Below are positions 45,964-54,702 of a stretch of 64,000 nucleotides of DNA, piece after piece (the first letter of the stretch is position 1; each line of letters begins with the position of its first letter). The translations under genes were made by a program, and so were the position numbers. This DNA is from an uncultured Gammaproteobacteria bacterium (lineage in GTDB: Bacteria; Patescibacteriota; Microgenomatia; Daviesbacterales; UBA10151). The DNA lies in contig CAYMZD010000002.1 of assembly GCA_964394855.1 (NCBI GenBank), forward strand, positions 60,575 to 124,574, in the 5' to 3' direction. The notes beneath the pieces were generated by a model. It worked only from the letters and a program-made list of their open reading frames with translations. It did no database searches and was not told where the DNA came from.

Positions 45964-48072
45964 ATGCCAAGACGAAGATCTATTTACGGAATGCCCAAAC
46001 TGCGATTGAAACATCGTACTATTGTGACCATAGGCTCACTGGTTAGTTTTATGTTGGCAGGTTTATCCATAGTTTCTCTGGCCACCGATACTGTTGCTTT
46101 GCAATTTTGGAAGAGGTTCTTGTTTGAACTTTTTGGTTGGACAGCGATTATTTCTCCAATTATATTTTTACTGGCTGGTATGGTTTTACAACGGTTTAAA
46201 TGGCCTTTCGCCCAAACCAATGTATTGTTGGGTTTGATTTTAATCATATTTTCTGCAGTTAGTTTAACAGCTCCTTTTTCCACCACTAGTGCTGGTAGTT
46301 TGGGCGTGACACTGTGGACACAGCTATCCTCTTTTATCACTGATGTTGGAGCAACCATCTTGCTTTTGGGAGTGTTCTTGGTAGGTTTGGTAGTTTTTCT
46401 TAATACCTCGCTGACCCAAATTATTAAAGTGATTTTTGCTATTGTTAGTTTTCTAAATGAGAAGATATTTAAGCCATTTATTTGGAACCCTATTTTTCAA
46501 AGACCGCGGGGATTTGAGGCCAAAAACATTCCCATTAAAGTTTCTGGAATCAGCGCCGTTGAGTCCTCAAAAAGCAAAAATCAAGCGGTTTTGGCAGATG
46601 AACTGATTCAAAATGTGGCTGGACAAACAAAAGTTTGGAAATATCCGCCCATATCACTTTTATCTGATAAGGTTGGTTCGGCTGCAGACAGGGGTGATGT
46701 TAAGAAAAATGTAGCCATCATTGAGAAGACTCTTGATTCTTTTGGTATCCAAGCTAAAGTGGCAGAAGTTAACGGGGGACCAGCTGTGACCCAGTATGCC
46801 TTGGAGATTTCCGCTGGTACTAAAATTGCCAAAATCGCCAATTTGCAGCATGACTTAGCCTTGGCTTTGGCCACTCCTACTGGTACAGTTAGAGTGGAAG
46901 CTCCCATCCCGGGAAAATCACTGGTGGGAATTGAGGTTCCTAATCGCTCCCTGGAAATAGTAGGTTTAAAATCAATCCTGACATCAGAAGAACTGGAAAA
47001 ACATAAATCCAAGCTGGCAGTGGCTTTGGGACGAGACACAGCTTCTAACCCGGTGGTGGTTGATTTAGACAGAATGCCTCACTGTTTAGTGGCAGGAACA
47101 ACTGGCTCTGGTAAATCTGTCTTAATAAATGCTTTTATTTCCACCTTGCTTTATAGAAATTCCCCCCAAGAGTTAAAAGTGATTTTGATTGATCCCAAAA
47201 GAGTGGAATTAACAGGTTACAATGGCATACCTCATCTTTTAACTCCGGTTATTACTGAACCGGAAAAAATTCTCTCGGCTTTAAAGTGGGCCATGGCCGA
47301 AATGGATCGTAGATATAAACTTTTCCAACAAGTAGGAGTGAGAAACATTGTCGGTTATAATGAGATGTCTGGTTTTCAAGCTCTTCCCTATATTGTCATT
47401 ATTGTTGATGAACTGGCAGATTTGATGATGTTTGCCCCGGTGGAAATAGAAGATGCCATTACTCGCTTGGCGCAAATGGCCAGGGCTACAGGTATTCACT
47501 TGGTGGTGTCGACCCAGCGACCTTCAGTGGATGTTATCACTGGCTTAATCAAAGCCAATATTCCCTGTCGGATTGCTTTTAATGTATCTTCCATGGTTGA
47601 CTCTAGAGTGATTATTGACCAACCAGGGGCGGAAAAATTGCTGGGGCGGGGAGATATGTTGTTTTTACCGCCTGATGCTTCCAAACCGGTGCGTATTCAG
47701 GGAGTGATGGTGAAAGATGAGGAAATTAATGAGCTGATCAAATTTTTGAAATCAACTGGTATTGCTCCTGAATATACGGCCGAAGTGACAGAGATGCCGC
47801 TGGGCAGATGGGGTAAAGGAGTAAATGGTGGTGGTGGTGGACAGGATGATCTGTTTGAAGAGGCAGTTAGGACAGTTTGTCAATATGACAGAGCCTCGGC
47901 CTCGCTTCTTCAAAGGAGGCTTAGGGTGGGCTATGCCCGGGCAGCCAGAATTTTGGATGAGCTGGAGAGTGCTGGTATTGTCGGTCCGGGTGAAGGGGCC
48001 AAACCAAGAGATGTACTGGTTCGAAATGCCGAAGAATATTTAGCTCAAAAAGCTGGGGTTGTTGAAGGTTAA
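45964..48072 (+). CDS. ftsK: DNA translocase FtsK/SpoIIIE
   Basis: 4 N-terminal TM helices, linker, motor domain (HCLVAGTTGSGKSVLINAFI, IVIIVDELADLMM), C-terminal gamma winged-helix (LLQRRLRVGYARAARILDELE). Confidence 0.9.
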   Translation: MPRRRSIYGMPKLRLKHRTIVTIGSLVSFMLAGLSIVSLATDTVALQFWKRFLFELFGWTAIISPIIFLLAGMVLQRFKWPFAQTNVLLGLILIIFSAVSLTAPFSTTSAGSLGVTLWTQLSSFITDVGATILLLGVFLVGLVVFLNTSLTQIIKVIFAIVSFLNEKIFKPFIWNPIFQRPRGFEAKNIPIKVSGISAVESSKSKNQAVLADELIQNVAGQTKVWKYPPISLLSDKVGSAADRGDVKKNVAIIEKTLDSFGIQAKVAEVNGGPAVTQYALEISAGTKIAKIANLQHDLALALATPTGTVRVEAPIPGKSLVGIEVPNRSLEIVGLKSILTSEELEKHKSKLAVALGRDTASNPVVVDLDRMPHCLVAGTTGSGKSVLINAFISTLLYRNSPQELKVILIDPKRVELTGYNGIPHLLTPVITEPEKILSALKWAMAEMDRRYKLFQQVGVRNIVGYNEMSGFQALPYIVIIVDELADLMMFAPVEIEDAITRLAQMARATGIHLVVSTQRPSVDVITGLIKANIPCRIAFNVSSMVDSRVIIDQPGAEKLLGRGDMLFLPPDASKPVRIQGVMVKDEEINELIKFLKSTGIAPEYTAEVTEMPLGRWGKGVNGGGGGQDDLFEEAVRTVCQYDRASASLLQRRLRVGYARAARILDELESAGIVGPGEGAKPRDVLVRNAEEYLAQKAGVVEG

Positions 48073-48143
48073 TATGTCGGGGAAATTAATTGCCACCACC
48101 CCCCAAGCTAGAAAACAATCCCAAAATTAGGTATACTCGCTTT

Positions 48144-48782
48144 ATGAGAACTGTGGGGCAAATTTTAAAGGAAGAAAGAGAAAAAAAGTTTTATACCCTG
48201 GAGGAGATTGAAAAAGTCACCAAGATTAGGAAAGAGCTACTGGGGGCTTTGGAAGCAGATGACTATTCAAAACTTCCCCCTCCCACCTTTGTTCAGGGTT
48301 TTATTAAAAATTATGGTAAGTTTTTAAAACTAGATACAGATAAGCTATTAGCTATTTTCAGAAGAGAATTTTCCGACCGCAAACACCCCCCCAGAATCTT
48401 GGAAAGTTTTGCCAATCCTTTAGAAAAAAATAAATTTCATCTCACTCCTGCCAAATTTATTTCCTTGGTGGTGGTTTTTTTAATAATGGCTTTTTTTGTC
48501 TATCTTTGGTTTGAATTTCGTTTTTTGGTTGGTCCGCCATATTTGGAAGTAACCGAGCCGACAGACCAAACAAGTGTCTCCACCACATCAGTGAAAGTAG
48601 TTGGTAAGGCTGATCCAGAAGTGAAAGTGGCTATTAATAATCAGCAAATTCAGCTGGATTCCAGTGGTAACTTCCATGAGGAAATTAAATTGGGAGGCAG
48701 CGTCAATAAATTATCCATCACTGCCACTTCTAAATTTGGTCAGACTACTCAAATAGAAAGAATCGTATTTTTAAAACAGTAA
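48144..48782 (+). CDS. rodZ: RodZ-like cytoskeleton protein (XRE-type HTH, TM, C-terminal beta domain)
   Basis: HTH VGQILKEEREKKFYTLEEIEKVTKIRKELLGALEADDYSKLP, single TM, DUF4115-like C-terminus. Start moved to MRTVGQ (the track ORF begins at 48090). Confidence 0.55.
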   Translation: MRTVGQILKEEREKKFYTLEEIEKVTKIRKELLGALEADDYSKLPPPTFVQGFIKNYGKFLKLDTDKLLAIFRREFSDRKHPPRILESFANPLEKNKFHLTPAKFISLVVVFLIMAFFVYLWFEFRFLVGPPYLEVTEPTDQTSVSTTSVKVVGKADPEVKVAINNQQIQLDSSGNFHEEIKLGGSVNKLSITATSKFGQTTQIERIVFLKQ

Positions 48783-48803
48783 TTTATGTGTTAATCTTAA
48801 GAC

Positions 48804-49061
48804 ATGGATTTATTGCAGCTAGCTTTAGTTTTTTTAATTATCCTGCTGTCAATCTTTTTAACTATTACTGGAATTCAGGTTTTTTTTATTTTGCATGATT
48901 TAAAAAAAGCTCTGGATAGATTTAATCACATCTTACAAACCGGAGATGAGGTAGCTCAAGCAGTGGAAAAACCAGTATCTTTAGCTGCCAATTTTATTAA
49001 AAACTTAGCTTACAAAAAACATGCCGCTTCAACTCGCCGCCTCTTCAAAAAAAGAGCATAA
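48804..49061 (+). CDS. small membrane protein (85 aa), hypothetical
   Basis: One N-terminal TM helix, then an amphipathic helix and a basic tail. Confidence 0.3.
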   Translation: MDLLQLALVFLIILLSIFLTITGIQVFFILHDLKKALDRFNHILQTGDEVAQAVEKPVSLAANFIKNLAYKKHAASTRRLFKKRA

Positions 49062-49078
49062 AAAGCTATACTTGAACC

Positions 49079-50380
49079 ATGAATTCTGATAACTTAAGAG
49101 AGAAATTTTTAAAATTTTTTGCCAGATGCGGACATGTCATCATCCCCTCTGCCTCATTAATACCTTCGGCAGAAGAACAATTAGCTGGTAAAGAAAAGGT
49201 TTTATTTACCAGCGCTGGTATGCAGCCTTTAATTCCCTACCTTTTAGGTAAACCACACCCTCAAGGTAAAAGATTAGCTGATGTACAAAAATGTTTAAGA
49301 ACCGATGATATAGAAGAAGTAGGAGATGCTGTGCATAATACATTTTTTGAAATGTTAGGGAATTGGTCGCTCGGTGCTTATTGGAAGGATGAAGCTATAA
49401 GACTTTCTTTTGAATTTTTGACTAAAGAGTTAGAAATTTCCATAGAAAAGTTAGCAGTCAGTGTGTTTGCAGGGGATGAAAATACTCCCAAAGATGAGGA
49501 GTCGGCAAGAGTATGGGAAAGTCTGGGAATTCCCAAAGATAGGATTTTTTATTTTGGTAAAGAATATAATTGGTGGCCAACTGGTGAAAAATCAGGCCCA
49601 TGTGGTCCAGATACGGAAATGTTTTATTGGACAGGGGAAGGTGAACCAGCAGGCAAGCCAAATGAAAATTCTTTATGGGTGGAAATATGGAATGATGTTT
49701 TTATGCAGTTCAATCGGCAAGATGACGGGATGCTGGAGGAGCTAAAACAAAAAAACGTTGATACGGGGATGGGACTGGAAAGAACTTTAGCGGTATTAAA
49801 TGGTAAAAAAAACAATTACCAAACAGATTTATTTGAACCAATTATGCAGATGATCGAAAAGGTGACAGGCAAAGTATATGGACAAGACGATTGGGATACT
49901 GTCCGATTCAGAATCATTGCTGATCATGTTAAAGGAGCAACCTTTTTAATTGGGGATGGTGTCAGGCCTTCGAATAAAGATAGAGGTTATATTTTACGTC
50001 GTCTAGTTCGCCGTGCGGCCATGCAACTGCATTTATTAAAAAAAATTACCAATGAAAAAGACTTTATTTCTATTAGCGACGCTGTTATTGAGATCTATGG
50101 AGGATTTTATTTTTTAGATTCAGAGCATCAAAGAAAAATCGTGGCGGAGGAAATTGGAGCAGAGATTTCTAAATTTATTAAAACAATTGAAAAAGGTTTA
50201 CAGGTATATAAAAAAACAGGACAAGTTGTTTCTGGTCAAGAAGCTTTCTTTCTTTTCCAAAGCTTTGGTTTTCCCCTAGAGTTGACAATGGATTTAGCCA
50301 AAGAAGATGGTAAGATGATAGATAAAGAGGGATTTGAGAAAGAATTTAAAAAGCATCAAGCTATTTCCCGTGGGGAGTAG
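49079..50380 (+). CDS. alaS: alanyl-tRNA synthetase, catalytic + tRNA-recognition core only (433 aa; no editing or C-Ala domains)
   Basis: Class II AlaRS N-terminus (FLKFFARCGHVIIPSASLIP, LFTSAGMQP, QKCLRTDDIEEVGDAVHNTFFEMLGNWSLGAYWK, WWPTGEKSGPCGPDTE). The stop at 50380 is followed by an unrelated gene. Confidence 0.8.
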   Translation: MNSDNLREKFLKFFARCGHVIIPSASLIPSAEEQLAGKEKVLFTSAGMQPLIPYLLGKPHPQGKRLADVQKCLRTDDIEEVGDAVHNTFFEMLGNWSLGAYWKDEAIRLSFEFLTKELEISIEKLAVSVFAGDENTPKDEESARVWESLGIPKDRIFYFGKEYNWWPTGEKSGPCGPDTEMFYWTGEGEPAGKPNENSLWVEIWNDVFMQFNRQDDGMLEELKQKNVDTGMGLERTLAVLNGKKNNYQTDLFEPIMQMIEKVTGKVYGQDDWDTVRFRIIADHVKGATFLIGDGVRPSNKDRGYILRRLVRRAAMQLHLLKKITNEKDFISISDAVIEIYGGFYFLDSEHQRKIVAEEIGAEISKFIKTIEKGLQVYKKTGQVVSGQEAFFLFQSFGFPLELTMDLAKEDGKMIDKEGFEKEFKKHQAISRGE

Positions 50381-50404
50381 TTTGTGCTAAACTAAAAACT
50401 GTCC

Positions 50405-52540
50405 ATGAGCTTGTTGGAAAAACTCACTAATTTCTTACCATTTACCAAAACTAAGCAGCAGGCAAAACACTTCTTTGCTTTAAATATTGGCCCGGAAAAA
50501 GTTAAAGCAGCTCTTTGGTCTATTGAGGATAAAAATTTACAAGTTGTTAACCCTGTTTTTACAAAATACTCTTCCGCGGATGAACTTTTACAAGTAGCTG
50601 ACCATTTACTTGATCAGACATTGGGAGATCTAAATGTGGAGCCAGAAAAAATTCTTTTTGGTGTTCCAGATTCTTGGCTATTGGATGATGAGTTAAAAGA
50701 ACCATATTTGAAACTCCTTCGTAATATAGTTAAAGAGCTAAGTTTAAAACCCATGGCTTATGTAGCCACCTCACATGCGCTGGCTCATTTTCTAGAGAGT
50801 CTTGAGGGAGCACCCACTACAGCCATTTTAGTGGGTATTGAGGAGAGTTTCTTGAGCATCACAGTAGTCAGGGCTGGTAAAATTGATGGGACTAAACTGA
50901 TAAAGCGGGGTGATAATCTTGGGGAAGAGATTGAAAAAGCGCTACTTTCTTTTACCGAAGTTGAGGTTTTACCTTCAAAAATATTGTTATATGGCTTGGA
51001 GGGGTTAGATAAACACAAAAGCAATTTACTGGCTTTTCCCTGGATGTCAAAACTATCTTTCCTGCATTTTCCCAAGATCGAGACCTTGGAAGAAGATGTA
51101 GAGTTAACAGCAACAGCTTTAGCTGGAGCAGTGGAACTTCAAGGTGATGTTAAATATTCCCCCAGTTCATCTATGGTCACCATCACCCCCCAAAAAAAGT
51201 TATCGGTAATGGAGGAAGAGGAAGCTGAAGAAAGGAAGCCACCAACAAAGACACAAAATGAAACTGGTTTTGTGACAGGGGATATTACCAAAGTACCAGA
51301 AAAGGAAGAACCAGAGGAAGAGAAGCCCCCCATGATCGTGGCTGAAGATGAGCTGTTAGAGCAGCCCCATCATGCAAGATTTAAGCTACCATTTTTAAAG
51401 CTGTCTTATTTGAGGGGTAAAAATAAGTTACTTATTTTGCCGGCAGCAATTTTAATTTTGACTATTTTCTATCTATTATTCTCTCAAGCCAAAGTGACTG
51501 TTTTTGTGGAACCACGAGTTTTAGAAAGAGACTCTCAAGTTACAGCTGATCCCAATGTAAAGACGGTTGATGAAGCAAATAAGATTATTCCAGGACAATT
51601 CACAGAAGTGCAGGTTGCTGGATCAGACAAGTTGGCAGCCACTGGAAGAAAAGAGGTGGGTGATCCAGCCAAAGGCACAGTGGTTATTTATAATAAGACA
51701 GATTCTGCCAAGACGTTTTCTAGTGGTACCGCTTTAACTGGTTCAGGTGGACTCAAGTTTACTCTAAATTCTACTGTTAATGTTGCTTCCCAATCGGCCA
51801 TTGAAGGGGGTATCTCTTTTGGGAAAGCCACTACCGGTGTGACTGCTGTTTTGATAGGAGCAGATGGAAATATCTCGTCTGGGACAGAATTGTCTTTAGC
51901 TAGTTTTTCTTCCTCACAATATTCAGCTAAAGCCGAAGGTAATTTTTCTGGAGGGAACTCCAAAGAAGTAACTGTGGTGACAGATAGTGATCAGAAAAAA
52001 CTTTTAGCATCTTTGGCAGCAGCGCTTCGCAAAAAAGCCCAAGAGGAATTGCAAAAAAGCTTGGAAGGAAAAAAGATTCTAGAAGAAGCTCTGTCTGAAG
52101 ATATTATTAAAAAATCATACTCCAAGAATATCAATGATCAAGCATCGGAATTTTCTTTAAGCTTGACTATTAAATATAAAGGTATTGCCTATTCTGAACC
52201 TGATTTAAAGCTGATCGTTTCCAAATTAATAGAAACTAATGTCCCGGCTGATTTTGAGTTGAACTTAGCTGAAACAGAGACGCAAGCAGATGTTTCCAAG
52301 CTGGAAAAAGATAAATTGATCTTTCTGGCACGGTTTAAAGCTAAATTAATGCCCAAATTGGATATAGCTAAAATAAAATCACAACTTAGGGGGAAAACAC
52401 CTCAAGAGGTAGCCGCTATTTTAAAAAGTTATGAAAATGTTTTAGGTTCTGACATAAAACTTAATCCTTCCTTGCCTGCCCCAATTGCCAGGTTACCGCT
52501 ATTGGATAGAAATATCCACATCGAGGTGAGTTTGAAGTAA
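50405..52540 (+). CDS. bitopic membrane protein: degenerate actin-like (FtsA/PilM/GspL-type) cytoplasmic domain, acidic linker, TM helix, ~330-aa extracellular domain
   Basis: N-terminal pattern FALNIGPEKVKAALWS ... AILVGIEESFLSITVVRAGKI ... ILLYGLEG resembles ASKHA phosphate/adenosine motifs with substitutions. Glu-rich linker, then TM (LLILPAAILILTIFYLLF), then a Ser/Thr/Gly-rich beta-type region. Confidence 0.35.
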   Translation: MSLLEKLTNFLPFTKTKQQAKHFFALNIGPEKVKAALWSIEDKNLQVVNPVFTKYSSADELLQVADHLLDQTLGDLNVEPEKILFGVPDSWLLDDELKEPYLKLLRNIVKELSLKPMAYVATSHALAHFLESLEGAPTTAILVGIEESFLSITVVRAGKIDGTKLIKRGDNLGEEIEKALLSFTEVEVLPSKILLYGLEGLDKHKSNLLAFPWMSKLSFLHFPKIETLEEDVELTATALAGAVELQGDVKYSPSSSMVTITPQKKLSVMEEEEAEERKPPTKTQNETGFVTGDITKVPEKEEPEEEKPPMIVAEDELLEQPHHARFKLPFLKLSYLRGKNKLLILPAAILILTIFYLLFSQAKVTVFVEPRVLERDSQVTADPNVKTVDEANKIIPGQFTEVQVAGSDKLAATGRKEVGDPAKGTVVIYNKTDSAKTFSSGTALTGSGGLKFTLNSTVNVASQSAIEGGISFGKATTGVTAVLIGADGNISSGTELSLASFSSSQYSAKAEGNFSGGNSKEVTVVTDSDQKKLLASLAAALRKKAQEELQKSLEGKKILEEALSEDIIKKSYSKNINDQASEFSLSLTIKYKGIAYSEPDLKLIVSKLIETNVPADFELNLAETETQADVSKLEKDKLIFLARFKAKLMPKLDIAKIKSQLRGKTPQEVAAILKSYENVLGSDIKLNPSLPAPIARLPLLDRNIHIEVSLK

Positions 52541-52542
52541 TA

Positions 52543-53190
52543 ATGAATGGTAAATTACTGGCACTTCCACTTTTGGGTTTAGGGGTATTTTTACTTTTGC
52601 AGGTGAGTTTACCTCTTTTAAGTTTTAAGATTTGGGAATTAAAGTTTATTCAGAGTAATAATTTATTGATCAGTCCTCAACCACCCAAGAAACATGTTCT
52701 AGGGGTCTCTATTCAAAAACAAGATGGGAGTTTTCCTGCTTTTATTTCTAGCTTACAGCGAGATATAAAGGCTCCTTTTGATGAGTTTACTATGTCTGTG
52801 CCTCGTCTAGAAATTAAACAAGCCAAGGTTTTAGTAGATAGTAATGATTTAACAGCAGGGCTCGCTCATTTACCAGGCTCGGCTCTACCTGGAGAGCGGG
52901 GTAATGTTTTTATATCAGGCCACTCCAGCTTGCCACAATTTTTCAAAGGTGACAAAAATTATGGAGCTATTTTTGCCAATTTAGCTAATTTAAAAAAGGG
53001 AGATCAGATTTTAATACAAGTAGGAGGTAGTGAATTTAACTATCAAGTGCTGGGGATAAAAATTGTTGAGCCAAATGATTTATCAGTCATCCTACCACCT
53101 GATGAAACTGGGCGGTTTCTCTCTTTAATGACCTGTGTTCCCCCTGGGCTTAATACTAAGCGCCTGGTAGTTTTAGCCAAATTAATCTGA
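52543..53190 (+). CDS. sortase-family transpeptidase
   Basis: N-terminal TM anchor; catalytic His (VFISGHSS), TLxTC-type Cys (SLMTCVPPG), C-terminal Arg (TKRLVVLA). Confidence 0.65.
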   Translation: MNGKLLALPLLGLGVFLLLQVSLPLLSFKIWELKFIQSNNLLISPQPPKKHVLGVSIQKQDGSFPAFISSLQRDIKAPFDEFTMSVPRLEIKQAKVLVDSNDLTAGLAHLPGSALPGERGNVFISGHSSLPQFFKGDKNYGAIFANLANLKKGDQILIQVGGSEFNYQVLGIKIVEPNDLSVILPPDETGRFLSLMTCVPPGLNTKRLVVLAKLI

Positions 53191-53564
53191 TGAAATATTT
53201 AGGAGTAGATTTTGGTTTAAAAAGAACTGGTTTGGCAATATCTGAAGGAGAAATTGCTTCTCCTTTAAAAATTATCGAAAGTAAAAATTTTTTTGATTTA
53301 GTGGAACAGGTAAGAAAAGAGATTGAGGCCAATAATATAGATTTGGTGGTGGTTGGTAAACCGGATGGTAGAATGGGAAAGTTGGCAGAACGGTTTGCCA
53401 AAGCCTTAAGGAAAAAAGTTACCGTAGTTTTAGCAGACGAAACACTTTCCTCCCAATATGCCCAAAAACTAATGGTGGAGGGGGGAGTAGCTAAAAAAAG
53501 AAGACGTTTATCAGATGCCCAAGCAGCCAGCTTAATTTTACAAAATTATTTAGATTTATTATGA
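53190..53564 (+). CDS. ruvX: YqgF/RuvX-family nuclease (pre-16S rRNA nuclease)
   Basis: MKYLGVDFGLKRTGLAISEGEIASPL RNase-H-fold N-terminus; conserved alaS-ruvX-mltG neighbourhood. Confidence 0.8.
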   Translation: MKYLGVDFGLKRTGLAISEGEIASPLKIIESKNFFDLVEQVRKEIEANNIDLVVVGKPDGRMGKLAERFAKALRKKVTVVLADETLSSQYAQKLMVEGGVAKKRRRLSDAQAASLILQNYLDLL

Positions 53565-54529
53565 GAAAATTGTTACCACTACTAGTGCTATTTTTGTTGA
53601 TTTTGTATTTAGTGTATGGATGGTGGCAGAACCAATTTATGGCGGTTAGTAATGATAAAAATAGCAAAAATTTCATTATTGCCAAAGGTGAATCTGTCAA
53701 TGACGTGGCAGAGAGTTTAAAGAAAGAAGGTTTAATTAAAAACCCTTTTGCTTTTAAGTTTTATCTTAAAGGAAGTGGTGATGGTGATAAATTGCAAGCT
53801 GGTACCTTCAAACTGTCTCCCTCTATGTCAATTAAAGAAACTGTTGAAGTACTAAAGGGAAGGCCGAATGATTTGTGGGTAACTTTATTGGAAGGCTGGA
53901 GAATGGAAGAAATGGCAGAGAGGTTAAATACGGACTTAAGAATCAAGAATGAAGAATTTTTAAAAGTTGCCAAAGAGGGTTACATGTTTCCAGATACATA
54001 TTTATTCGCCAAAGAAGTTACAGCAGAAAGAATAGCCAGCATTATGAGGGATAACTTTGAAAGGAAATATACCCCAGATCTTCGGGCTAAAATTAGGAGT
54101 TTGGGATTAACTGAAAGCCAAGGAGTAGTTTTGGCTTCCATTGTAGAGAGGGAAGCCAGATCTGATGCAGCCAGAACAATGGTGGCATCAATATTGCTTA
54201 AAAGGCTAAAGATTGATATGGGGTTAAATGCTGATGCCACTGTTCAGTATGCGCTGGTTCCAAAAGGATCGAAAAATCCGCCAGCTGGTGGATGGTGGAA
54301 GAGACATTTAACCAAAGACGATTTAAAGGTGTCCTCACCTTATAATACCTATTTATATCGTGGACTTCCTCCCACCCCAATTTGCAATCCATCTCTGTCC
54401 TCACTTAAAGCTGTAGCCAACTCCGATCCCTCAACTCCATATTTGTATTACTACCATGATTCCAAAGGAAATTCGTACTATGCCAAGACTTTAGATGAAC
54501 ACAACCAAAATGTGGCCAATAATCCATAA
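53561..54529 (+). CDS. mltG: endolytic murein transglycosylase MltG (YceG)
   Basis: N-terminal TM; YceG core (FIIAKGESVNDVAESL, LLEGWRMEEMAERL, RGLPPTPICNPSLSSLKAV). Confidence 0.8.
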   Translation: MRKLLPLLVLFLLILYLVYGWWQNQFMAVSNDKNSKNFIIAKGESVNDVAESLKKEGLIKNPFAFKFYLKGSGDGDKLQAGTFKLSPSMSIKETVEVLKGRPNDLWVTLLEGWRMEEMAERLNTDLRIKNEEFLKVAKEGYMFPDTYLFAKEVTAERIASIMRDNFERKYTPDLRAKIRSLGLTESQGVVLASIVEREARSDAARTMVASILLKRLKIDMGLNADATVQYALVPKGSKNPPAGGWWKRHLTKDDLKVSSPYNTYLYRGLPPTPICNPSLSSLKAVANSDPSTPYLYYYHDSKGNSYYAKTLDEHNQNVANNP

Positions 54530-54559
54530 GAGAACTGATGCCCTTTGATTTTTGAATTC

Positions 54560-54588
54560 TTGACTCTTGACATTATTCCATATATTGT
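54560..54588 (+). promoter_or_regulatory. candidate promoter TTGACT-17-TATTGT upstream of rpoB
   Basis: ttgact(54560-65), tattgt(54583-88). An overlapping ttgaca at 54567-72 has a poorer -10. Confidence 0.3.
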
Positions 54589-54618
54589 GTTATTCTTTTA
54601 CTTAGTTAAATAGTAAAG

Positions 54619-54656
54619 GAAGAGGCGTACGGAGTTGCGTAGGCTTCTTTTTGTTG
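54619..54656 (+). terminator. terminator/attenuator-like hairpin between mltG and rpoB
   Basis: gaagaggc ... gcttctt (7 bp incl. one G-U) with a 16-nt loop, followed by tttttgttg. It lies downstream of the candidate promoter and 47 nt before the rpoB ATG. Confidence 0.35.
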
Positions 54657-54702
54657 AATCGATGTAATCGGGATAAATCTGTCCTACATTGGCCATCTAC
54701 TA

